From: Blasia pusilla
Taxonomy: Eukaryota
Length of the DNA stretch: 64,000 bases
Assembly (NCBI GenBank): GCA_050084515.1
Contig: CM114271.1
Coordinates: 1,302,001 to 1,366,000 of the forward strand
Reading direction: 5' to 3'
The translations under genes and the position numbers were made by a program. This document shows positions 34,041-45,749 of the stretch, one piece after another (position 1 is the first letter of the stretch; the number at the start of each line of letters is the position of its first letter). The notes beneath the pieces were generated by a model. That model had not been told where the DNA came from. It was given only the letters and a program-made list of their open reading frames with translations, and searched no databases.

Positions 34041-36099
34041 CTTGCAGACTCGATTGTCCCTCAATCTCACAACGATTCCGTCCGCCCTAACATTCTCAAA
34101 CTCCACAGTTCGCCTCCCAACTCAAATTTCAACATCCAGCTACCGATTTACGTTCAAATACACGGAATCCAAACTCTTGCGTGCTCTAGAACTGCGTCCC
34201 AGCGATTCGAAAACGAGGTCTGCACTGATTTGCGTCTTTCTCGCTCCCCATGAACTCCATATTTGAAAAAGTCGAGCCCGACTTTACCGGTGCCTGAAAG
34301 AGACCTTCTTGTTTGCCCGCTGACAAGGGAACACGGGACGGCGGCCGAGCCCCCTGCGAACCGAGTGGGTGCGTACAGGTCCCGGTTACCTTGTCACCTC
34401 CTGTGGCAACAGGTGGTTAAGGGGTTGGGTATTTTCGGTTTAGAAAGTACAGTGAGATTTTTCTTACAACTTTTCATTCGGAATGGAAAAATTTTATTAT
34501 TTCTTTTTCTCATGAATATATGAATTTATGTTACTAATATATGACAGATTTTCCTTTTAGTTTAACTATTTTTAAATGAAACTCATTAGCAATAGAAGAA
34601 TCTCAAGAGGATAGGTGTCAACAATAGAAGGCTCTTAATAGGACAGGTGTCAACACCTTAGAAGGATTTCCTCTAATCCTATGCACGGGAGTGTAAGGTC
34701 TTATCATGTTGCCAAAAAAAAAAAGTTTTGCTATCCATAGAATGGAAAAACATTTTGTGTTGCCCGTAGAGTATGAAACATTTTCTTTTAGCGGGCAGCC
34801 CGTGTCATACACGGGAATGAAGGTCTAATCATGTTGCACACAAAACATTTTTCTTACTGCCCATAGAGGAGAAAACATTTTCTTGCTGCCCGGTTGACAC
34901 ATGTCAAGCAAAGAGATATTTGCAAATCAAGAAGGCACTCTCCAATAATAATATAAATTATTGGAAGTAATATTTTATTTTTTTAATTTTCTTGCGCTTG
35001 AAATTTTAAAATAATAAAACATTAATTTTAAACTAATCAGATGGTTCATAATTAATTTTAAATGATATTTGAAAATTTTGGGAGTTGATTATAAGAAATA
35101 ATTTAAACCAGCACAAGCTTACACTAGTAGATTTTAAAGGGAATATCATGCATTGTAGGTTTTTTTTGGTATGGTTAGTGTCGAAACAAAAAGGTTCCTT
35201 TTGCTTTCTAACATTACAACTCCGTACCTTCATATCAATGGCCAACAAGAAGCTCTTGAACGTGAGGGACGAAGATGGACTATGGTAGTTTTCTTTTTTT
35301 CCATAAGCGGGTAATTATAAGGGCATCTGAAAATTTTCTAGGTTTCTTCAAATTTCAGTTGGTTGTTTGATAGAAAGTATAAAAGGACCCAAAAACTTCA
35401 ATCAATTTTTGTCTAGAAACGGAAATTCGAGGTTTCAACCGTCTAGGTCAATGCAGAACACCAATTTTTCCCACACGTTGAGTAGAACTCGGGAGATAGA
35501 GGGAGGTTGAAGCATAAGGGAAGATCTTTTCTCCATTCTCCTCCTTTTTTCCATTGGTTTTTAATGTGGAATAATGACATTAGTTTATCTTGTTATATCC
35601 TTGGCAAATAGATAGAGTCTTGCATTATGTTAAGTGCTAAAAAAAATTCTAGAATGATGATTACTTGTCAATGAAGAATGAAAATAAATCCAATCTTCAT
35701 TACTTTTAAAAAAAATTGTATCGTATTTCTCTTACAAAAATCTCTTTTCATCGAAATACCAATCATCTCTCTTCTTACATGAGATTTTTCTTCCCCCATG
35801 GTTTGAAAAAAAAACAAACCTTCCCTTATATCTTGATTTTTGGTGTTAAAATTTACACTCGGTTCAAATTGACTATAGGGATGAGATAATGTAGGCTTGT
35901 ATTGAGGGTAGTGGCATGAATAAAATTGAGAAGTAAAAGTAACTTTAGGGAGTGGAAAATGGAAACAATTGAGGTGGTCATGAGAGTTTTTGGTATGTGG
36001 ATTATTAAAGAGCATGAAACAAACTATTGATGCTCTATACATCTATTTATAGAGCCATGCATCTACATGTGGATTTTGATCCTTATCGATATTATTATT

Positions 36100-38600
36100 T
36101 GAGGAGAGAACGGTCACTATATGAAGAAAGTCTTTCTCTAAATAAGGTGTTTTTTGGCAAATGGAAAGGTGCCAAAAGAAGATATTTCCATCCGTAGAAC
36201 GAACATATTTTTTTCATAGTGCATAATTATAGTTCTACATTTGAGTATACCAGGCTAGCAATTCATGTTGGGACTCACACTCATCTTGTCAACGGTACAA
36301 TTCAAAGACACACCAAGCAAGGTGTGGCAAAGAAAGTGATGGAGGTACATAAAAACTCTCTGAGATGAAAGCTCGGAGTGATCAAATTGACAACGGCAAC
36401 ACATATTTGTGAAAAACTATTGGGAATCCTTGGCCAAGGGGAGATCATGACAATTGAGGAGAAAGAACTTTGGGAAAATCAAGCATTTCTGACTCAACGT
36501 GAATGTTTTATGAACTTGCCGCGTCAAATACAAATAATTGATGGAAAAACTAATAACATGGATGTCATTGCAAAGATCAAGGCTAACTCCAAGTTTCCAT
36601 TTATTTAGAGATGGCAGTTCATGGGCCAAGGAGGCGAGAGATCTAGAGCTTATCTCCTCAAAATATCTACTACATGGCCGTCTAGTGGCCTCGACCTTAT
36701 TGATAAAATGAGTGAAGGAGAAGATCTCTTTGGGAGCTGGGTAAGCTACTATAGGGTTTTGAATGGTTGGTTGACCATGGGTGCACACGTTTACGACCAT
36801 GTGGAGAAGGGACTCAAAACCACAATATGTTATTTTTGTGAGGTTAAGGCACAGGACGTTGCCAACTTGAAGATGTGATGGTTACTCCTAGTGGAGCTGG
36901 TGAAGGAAAAAAAAGGCCATCCCCTTAAGTTTAGGGGTTCATGGTGGAAGATGCACAATCAAGATGGATTGTTGTTCGAGACGTGTTCTGGAAGGTGAAG
37001 TTCAAGTGGAAATCGCAAACCTTGGAGATTAAGCAACCCGTCAGAATCGACAAGTTGCATCAGTCTGCAAACTTTTGGATTTCGACGGGTTGCAAAAACA
37101 CTTAGGTCCAAATTTCTTTCTCATGTAATGCGTAGGAATAAGACGGGTTGCAAGAAGTTCTTTTCCACCAAATTCTACTTTCAACCGGTTGGAATCCAAC
37201 GGGTTGCAAGATGTTATTTTCGATAAAATTGTACTTGCAATCCGTTGGAATCCGACGTGCTGCAGGAGAAAGATTGCAATCCATAAGAGTCCGAAAACTT
37301 GCCTCCTACTTGCAAAACTCATCAGATTCTGACGGATTGCAATAAGAGATTCCAGGGTGTTGCAAGATGTTATTTTTGATACAATTCTATTGGCAACTCG
37401 TCGTTGGCTTTGGCATTCTTTTTTTCTCTCTCAATAGACAATTTGGCCTGTGTAGGGATTGAACATTCATGAAAATGCCCTCTGCCGAAACACAAGTGGA
37501 GCCAAGAGTGTCCATTCGTCTTGGAGGTCATCACAAGCATGCCAAAAAATATCACTCGTGGAGGCATGCCAACAAGACCAGGCAAAAGCAATGCTACAAT
37601 CTGCAACATGCCACATATTTCTCACAAGCAGTATAACCAAGAGAAAGAGCCCTTCAAGTTACAAGCTCTATGTAAGGGCCGTTATGAGATCTCATGATGA
37701 GAGAATATATGTGGGAGCCTTCAATCGGTGTGTAGCAGGGAATCCTCTCAAGAACGATGTCCATAGTGGTGGGGATATTTGTGGGCATGTTTCAAGACAT
37801 CCCATACAGATGGTGGTAGAGCAATCTGAGCGAGACTCTTGGAAACCAAATAAATACCTTGACTTCAAGCAAATGAAGCATCAGCATCGAGGACAAACCC
37901 GATGATTGATCTCGATGATGAAATAGCCCCATCCAAGTATTCGGACACACTAAATGGCTCCCAAATTTGAGTTGAAGTAACTTGTGCAAAATTAGTGAAT
38001 GTTTTATTTCCGAATTTCTCTATTATTGGGACTTCCCAACATCCAATCTCAAGGGTTGTTCAACAATATGGCATTCCGGTCATTGAGGTGGATTGTAAAC
38101 TTAAGAGGTGGCATATTTCTTGACGCAACCTTAGACATGGATCTACCTGTAGGCCAAGATAGGATTGAATAAGGAGGGTATACGAGACTTTCCTGAATAA
38201 GAACTATACAAGGATTGGGCTACCATTGCCAAGCTTGTGGGGGCTGAAAACCTTCGATCGTTTTACAGGGACAAAGGATCAATTGAAGTTCTTCTTCTCC
38301 CAAATGAATCATGTATTTTCCAAAAATCATATCCTGCTGCCATTGGAGCTCTAGGGAATATCCCCACGATTTGTATATGTTGAGAAATGATTGGATGGAG
38401 GAAAGTTTCATGTATGCTCCAACTTGTCGGATTCAAACGGGTTGCCATAGTAAGAAGGAGAAAACAAAGTTTGTGGGAGTGACTTCAGAAAGAGAACATA
38501 ATTGTAAAATTAATTTCAAAATTTTCCTCCCTCTTCAACCCAAAGGAAACTTTCTTAAAAACCCCAATGTATGGCTGAGAGATGGTTAAAAATGTTCCTA
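36100..38600 (+). mobile_element. Degenerate MULE-like DNA transposase remnant
   Basis: Fragmented frames give RVLNGWLTMGAHVYDH and FRGFMVEDAQSRWIVVR (about 36920-36980), resembling MULE-type FMxD catalytic regions, plus Cys/His-rich fragments downstream. Many stops and frameshifts; family call is from recall only. Confidence 0.4.
37033..37340. mobile_element. MITE-like insertion of about 300 bp within the transposase remnant
   Basis: 16-bp inverted repeats GCAACCCGTCAGAATC and GATTCTGACGGATTGC (1 mismatch); several internal ACGGGTTGCAA subrepeats in both orientations. The true ends may extend further. Confidence 0.5.
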
Positions 38601-41512
38601 GCATCAAGGTCCATTTGAAAAACTCCAAACTTGTGGATAGTCTCCATGGTAATAACCAGAGTAACCACAAGCTGGATGATATTTGATGCCCCGGCGAGAC
38701 ATCTGATCTTCTAAAACTCTCCTAAATTCACCCCTCCATTCTTCAAGGTATGGCATGCTCATATCCAATCTTCAAGATGCCCACCATTCTAGTATGGATA
38801 ATTTTTCTAGTAGAGTTGTCTCTAGGACGATGGGCTTCTTCTTGTTCTATGTCTTGAGATCAAGATACACTCTTTGAAGGTTGCACATGGACAAATTCTG
38901 TGTCCGTGGACTTATGTTTGTCCTACGGATGGAAATATCTTCGTTTATGGAATTGAGGCGTGTCACTAAGTTAAGCGTGGATATGTTTGATTCAAACATT
39001 TCATAATTTCATCTACATTACATGTTATTTTCGTGTTGAGCAACCTCTATTTCTAATTTGGAAATAATGTGATTCTAAAATAGAGAAACTCTCATAATGA
39101 ATGATGAACCATCTCTTCTTTTGTAAGGAGATGGAATATTTTGGAATATTCAAAAAGAATCATGCCAAATTTTCTTAAAATGATGGGTTACGTGCCAAAC
39201 TAAAAATCTTAAATGAATTAATTGGAAGTAACATCATTTTTGGAATTCTTGCTAGTTGGTCATCATACTAAGTGGATGCCTGAGAAAGCTCTCAAGACCC
39301 ATTTTGCTTGTGTGAATGAATATAAGCTAACCTCAAAGTGAAAAAAAAAAAGAGAAAAAAAGGAATGATAATAGTGATCCCATTGGTTTGATTTAAGGGT
39401 TGTTGTGCCTACTTAGAAAGTATCTATGATTTTCCAAGGGTGTCTTAGCACATGATTCCATATCTAACACCCTATCAAGTGTTTGGGAATATTTAATGTC
39501 AATCAACTTATGGTCTTGGACTCGATACACCATTGTCAATTAACTATCTAAGTTTAGGCTATAGTGTAGAACCAGTTGTTTATTATACATTGTGAGCAAG
39601 AAAGGGAACAATGGTTATTTATATGATATCACGATCTTATCAATTGGAAAAGATATTTGTAAGACATTTGCTAAACCCATAGAGTAGGTTTACCTTACCC
39701 CGCCCTCCACCTTAAAAGCAAACAACTCATGATGAAAATAATATTGATTATCCACATGAACCAGCGTGTGTATGAGAAGGGTATTTTAGTTATTGAAGAT
39801 AGATTTAAGAGATTTTTTACTTTAAAAAAACATCTGTAGTCATGGGGATGTGATTCTTTTCCATAGACCACTATCTATGCTTGTTTCATGCACCGTTAAA
39901 TTAGTATTCTGATTTTGTTACATTTTGCTGGAGAGTGCTCCATCAACCATCCACAATTAGCCTTTAATTGTAAAGTTGCATTTGTTTGGTGTTATACCCA
40001 CAGGGAGAAAATACCCAAAAAACCATATTGATTATGAAGCAAATCTTCGATGTGTTTGTATCACCATGAAGGAGCAACACATAAAATATACTTGTGGATG
40101 AAAACGGGAGGGAAGGAAAGTCATTGGGAAAAGTGTGAAGATACCAAGGAGTTTATCGGCACTTCAAACAACGGTTAAAATTGGAGGAGAAAGACATTTA
40201 GGACTGCACCATTCATGAATGTCATAAGGTGTTCTCTTGCAATGCATCGTGAGCCAATCCAAACTATGAGCACCTCTTTTGCATTCTCGATTTTAAGACC
40301 AAACAAACTTTCCGAATGAGTGAAAAACCTTTCACCATAAGGATTATGTTAGTTTATCTATTAGTAGTATGCATCATTGCAACCGAATCACCCAATCAAG
40401 GTTGACGATATGATATCAATGCAATGGACACGGCGTGCTGATCTGCAAATACACACATCAGTAGTACAAGATAAACTTCCAGACTATTTAGAAATTAGAT
40501 TGGTTTAAGTAAAATGCACCAGCAATAACACTGAGTTTGTGCAAACCTACTTAAAGTTTGTTGAAAGTAAACCTGTAGTGAGGTCAGCTTCACATGAAGC
40601 CCAACTTGAACGCATATTGCAGATGCATGTTTGATCATAAGATTACATGTAAACTGCACCGATGAGTTAAAGGCTCATGTGCATGGATGCAAGACTAAGA
40701 TGGGTAGCCTCAGGTATGCCAGTAACTTGCATGGCAACTGCCTGGTTGGAGACCCTTCTACGTATGCAATCTCATATCTAAGGCTTATGGAGAACTATCT
40801 GCACAATTTAAGTGTTTTTATGCAGCAAAGGGTACAATTCATAAGTGGCCCTACTGTAGTGTGATGACTCCAAGGACTCCCAGCCAGATAGATTTCCTGG
40901 ACAAAGTAAATAGGGATAAATGTTCAGAAGTGAAATAACATGGAGCTCAGGTGACCAAAAAACTGATTCTCTTTGTCTCTTTAGTTCCATGATAGCTTGA
41001 TAGAAAACTTCATACTCTAGGTCAGTTTGAAACACTAGTGTATTCAACCGCCAGTGCATGCATATCAAAGAGTTGAAGACTGTAGGCCAAAAGTTGCCCA
41101 TGAACTCAGCACTTTCACATGAAGCTGTATGAACTCTCCGTCAAATTTTTCTATCTGGACATCCTCGTTTAGCCAGCACGAGGCTTGATATTGTGCAGGA
41201 TTCTGATTGAATGTCTAGAGACAACAACATTTTGAACTTTTCTTGCTGAAGGGAAAAGTACCAAGTGCTAATTCGGCGCCTGAAACTACTGTTGAATGCT
41301 GTTGACTAAGTTGTTTATTATTGTTAACGAAGGCCATCAGCCGTGAGAGATGGACCACAATGGAAAGAAGAGAAACTAGCAACTTTCTCAATGACTTGGG
41401 CTCTATGGGAGGGTGAATTGCATAACCCAAATATTTCCTAATTTTGATTCATGAAGAGAAACACTGTGCTGCATCAGGGTGCATGTGAAACATCAGAATA
41501 AAATGATCAGAG

Positions 41513-43140
41513 CTATTTGGATTTACGGGAGTCATTGCTTTCGCTGTTGTAGTCATCTAGCAGTCTCTCAACGTCATCCCAGAATACATTTTCCAATAGA
41601 ATTCCACCTTTTGTAAACCTACATCATGAATGTCAAAATTAGGCCACGGCTCTGCACAAGTAAATGGGCAAGCTTAATCCACTAGTACAAACAGACTAAC
41701 TCAAAATGTCGACAGCTATTTTGTTAGGGCTATCTCACCACTTTGTGACACTTCGGGTAATCTCAACTGGAGGATGGGCCGCAATAGACTGCGGGTCAGA
41801 ACTTTCAATTCGCAAAGTGTAGAGATCAGAGTACCGAGGTAGCTTGGAGGAGAGAGCCAATCCAGTGGTACTAAAAGAATCCTGCAACACATCCAAACCT
41901 CTCTCACTTCAAAAACGGTCAAAGCATTGCTAGACTAGCCAGCCGACAGCCATAGTCCTTCCTAGCACTAGCCATAAATTTAACCTAAGACAGCTTTGGC
42001 TAGGGCATTTCCTTCACCCTCTCTCCAACTGCAGCTCTGAAAATGTGATCTATGTGGTAACTTTCCGTAAGATAAAATATGGTGATAAGATCAATGGAAG
42101 ACATTACATGGCAGTCCCAACCATTTCCCGGTACTACTTCGAGATTTGCTCACACTTTGTGGGTGACAAGATAAATTTCTCCCGAAATTTCCTAACGAGG
42201 TCAACAACCTTGTTCTGATTACACTTAGGGCATGAAATGGAGGAAATACCTTCATAGGATATGTGAACAGAATGTGTTGCTTCTCTCTCGTGACTATGAT
42301 ATACTGCAAGAGGCCATTAAAAATGACATATGTGTGCTAGTCAAGGAGAGCCAACCGGGAACTAATCACCCCAAATTCCTTTCGCATAAGCATAGAGACA
42401 GATCGTCAGCAGCCTTATAAGTACTGTTCATATCGAGCTCCAAGAATGCACAACGGTAAGAGTATTCGGGTGCACTTCTTGTCAGCATGAACCCAAAAAT
42501 ATGAAACTCTCATCATCCTAAATTCCTCGATAGACATGCAGACCATTGTGAAAGGATATAGAACAATACAGCCGATCAGAAAGGGCTTGTTCTCAGGGAA
42601 CTTCTTGGGGTAAAATTGTGCAGCCAACGCTATGGCACAAGTTACGATTCCAATCGCCATCTTCACATTGCTGAGACTTACGTTCTCTACGTAACCACGT
42701 CCCAGTACAGCCTGAAATGAGAGAACCACGTTTCCAGACCGGAGTCGTTCATAATACCCCCCGATATGACGGAGGAGACAGCGGAATTCCATGCAAGATC
42801 CCAATAAAATCAACTCCCGGCATAGAGAAACATAATTAAAAACAAGCTTCCTTCCAGCCAAACTCTTCTTGCTCCTACCACAGAAAATTGCGCCTATAAT
42901 TCTCTACACTCTGCCGAAGAGTGAAATCACTATCTTCGTGTCTTACCTCCCGTTGCCTGCGATAGTCCCCAGAAACTTGATATTCTGGAATGAAAAAAAA
43001 AAAATCGACAAAGAAGGGCGATCGACAAAGCACACCTCCGATACAGCATCGTCCAGCACCCTTTTGATTGAGTAATGATCGTTAAGATTAATGCTCTTCG
43101 GCTTCTCCTCCTTCACTTCCTTCTCTTTATCTGCCGCCAT
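41513..43140 (-). CDS. SPCS2: Signal peptidase complex subunit 2 (SPC25 family), 195 aa, 5 exons
   Basis: Exons 43140-43036, 42711-42560, 42331-42250, 41881-41739 and 41618-41513 (588 nt). Protein MAADKEKE...SIKRVLDDAVSEAVLGRGYVENVSLSNVK...AQFYPKKFPENK...LYVIFNGLLQ...ILFTYP...SSKLPRYSDLYTL...SVTKWFTKGG; two transmembrane segments. Confidence 0.92.
42332..42559 (-). other. U12-type (minor spliceosome) AT-AC intron in SPCS2
   Basis: 5' splice site ATATCCTTT at 42559, branch-point box TCCTTGAC (42347-42340), terminal AC at 42333-42332. Splicing restores ...IVL|YVIFN in frame. Confidence 0.92.
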
Positions 43141-43899
43141 CACGACCACTCGCACCACTCACTCACTCCCCCACTCCCCTACCTCTCCCCGATTGCGTCT
43201 CCGCTCACGACACGGGCCCTCTCGTCCGAATCCAGTTCTCACAAACTCGCTCCCACCATCCACCGCCCTATCCCAATCTGCACGGCGACAAGGACACACA
43301 AAAACAACTTCTTCAGTTTTTCCTGCGCAGAACCTTCCGCTTTCCCCTCCTCTCTAGAGCTCTCTCTCGCTTCCTGCCAGCATCGCGAGGCAGTCAGTCC
43401 TGCTCGCTGCGCCTGAAGAAGACACTGAACTCCCGATCACCCGCATGACAGGTACTCCCGGGAGGGAGCCGGCCGGGCTTCCGGGCAGCGACCGGTCCAA
43501 CCGGGATTCTGGCGTAATCTCGGGTGAAGAGGGATATCTGTTAGGACCCGGTCCCTCGGAACCTAAAAACGTCTATGTTACGTTCTTCCTTTCACGTGTT
43601 ATTCTTCATGGCGCGCCCTCCCCGTTTTACCGTTCTCATCAGTGTTTTCCTCATAGGCCGTGTTACTACCGTCCGTAGTGTTTCTCCCATCGTCTTAACA
43701 TAGTGCGTTTCCTCTATTTCTTGCCCTCCGCCGTATTAGTACTTTTTTGGCCCTCTTAGGGCCCGGTCCCATGCGGCAAAAGTGGTCATGGTATCGCGAG
43801 GATCTCGTCCCACTATTCCGGATCTTGTTTGATCCGACGGATGAGATTCATGGGATTCCAACAGAATTCGCGCCCTTAGAACATAGGGTGCAAATATGT

Positions 43900-44138
43900 G
43901 CGACTCCTAGTGCGACCGGAAGGGAGTCGCACATTCTTTTTACTTTCTCATACCAGCGATGCCATACCCAAAGAGGGAAAAAAAGGTCGAGTGGGATTTT
44001 TTTATTTTTTTATTTTAAAAATGATGATGGCTGGGACCCCTAGTGTGACTGGAAGGGAGTCGCACACTCTTTTTACCTTCCCATACCAATGATGCCATGC
44101 CCAAAGAGGGAAAAAACGGTCGAGTGGGATTTTTTTAA
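43900..44138. repeat. Two-copy direct repeat (period about 133 bp)
   Basis: CCTAGTG(C/T)GAC(C/T)GGAAGGGAGTCGCACA...CCAAAGAGGGAAAAAA.GGTCGAGTGGGATTTTTT occurs at about 43906 and 44039. Confidence 0.85.
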
Positions 44139-45749
44139 TTATGTAAAAAAAAGAAATAATTTAAATTTTGATATCATCCTAAAGAGGATAAAAATTTCTT
44201 TCAGGCGTCTCAAAAATATGTTGTTTAGAGGAAGGGCATACCTATTTCAGTTCCCGTTTTTTCAAGCGGAGTTTCACCATAACCAGGGTATCCGCGGGAC
44301 TCCTAACTTGGTCGGAATCCGGATTTGAGTGGCCTTATTAGGGTCACACAAATCCGAATTATGGCCAAGTTCGGGGCCCCCATGAGCCTTGGGTACTATG
44401 AAGGATCAACTCCGTAAAGAGAGGTCCTATTGTCCTATAGAAGAAATCTCTTTACGGAGTTGATCTTGTTACGTAAGAGGTGGATTTTGTCTGATGTATG
44501 AGCTATGAATTATCAAGTCTTTGGGTCTAAGTATTATGGAGGGAGGGGATCTCAATTATTACATATTACAAGAAATCGAGCGCATACTTTGATTGCATCT
44601 CACGCCTAACATTCATTCAATGCTTTGATTCATCCGGCCAAAGATGGAAGAGGGAGTCAATCCTATAAGATGGATGGAACAATTTGGTGTAGTTGAGGTT
44701 CGCTCACCAATCACAACCGTGGGAGAGGAAGGAAGGAGGGGATAACGCATAAATAGCAAGGGTACGACGCGTTAGGAGGGGACGGTGGGACATGATAGCA
44801 GCCAAAAGATCTTGTGGATAGGCCCATTTAAGTCCAAAGAAGAAAGCCTCACTAAAAAGTGGATGATGGAAAATCAATCAAAAGTACAAAAGAGGAGGAC
44901 TCAAAGAGTTGAGTGCATAAAGGCCACATTCGGCCCGGAAAAGGGAAAGAGGAAACAAAGGCATGTTCGACTAGAGTACGGCAATGATGGCAAGACAAGT
45001 CTAGACATAGCAGTAGGGAATAAGGTAGCATAGTAAGTCTGGATTAAGTATTGATGTGGTAGCGTCATATGTCCATATACTATAGCAAATTAAGTCATGA
45101 TAAAGTTGTGTGATATGTGTGAAATTGTAACATGGTAGGGACCAAATTTCCAATGTCATTTTGGCTCCTTTTCTTCAAAGCGCACAATTTCCAATGAGAT
45201 ACCATTTTGGGGTTTGCTTGAGCGTAGGGTCCAATGTTGGGTTTGGAGAGGGACATGAATAGCTTGGATGTTGATAAAATTTTCAACTTGGAAGGCATCC
45301 TCTGATGTCGCGACCCTCATAACCAAACAAATGCCGATGCGCAACATTAGAACTCTAGTGGGCTCACGCTAGGATAGTTGCGTGTTGAAGAGGTCTTTTC
45401 AAGGAGACACAAGACATAAGACTTGAGCATGGTTGAGTGTTTCATGTGTTTATGGTCCAAGGCGGAATATCGGAACTCTAATGGGCTCTTACGTCCTAGG
45501 ATGGTTGCGCGTTGGAGAGCTCTCTTGGAGGAGACAAGATGTGAGATGCATGTACGTTGAATGTTTCATGCATCTATGATCACGAATTAGAAAGCGTGAG
45601 CCAAGACTTGAAAGAAGTTGAGTTTAGGAAGAGTGGTTACCAAGTTGGGAATCGGATTTGGAATGTGACTAGCGTTTGGTGTTTTACTATATTTTGGATC
45701 CATGAAACAACAATTGAAAAAAAATGAGGAAAGGATTGAAAAACATCAA

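Noticed and set aside
40630-41430. Short ORFs downstream of SPCS2 as an extra gene
   Set aside because: No recognisable domain or consistent exon chain; most likely 3' UTR or intergenic.
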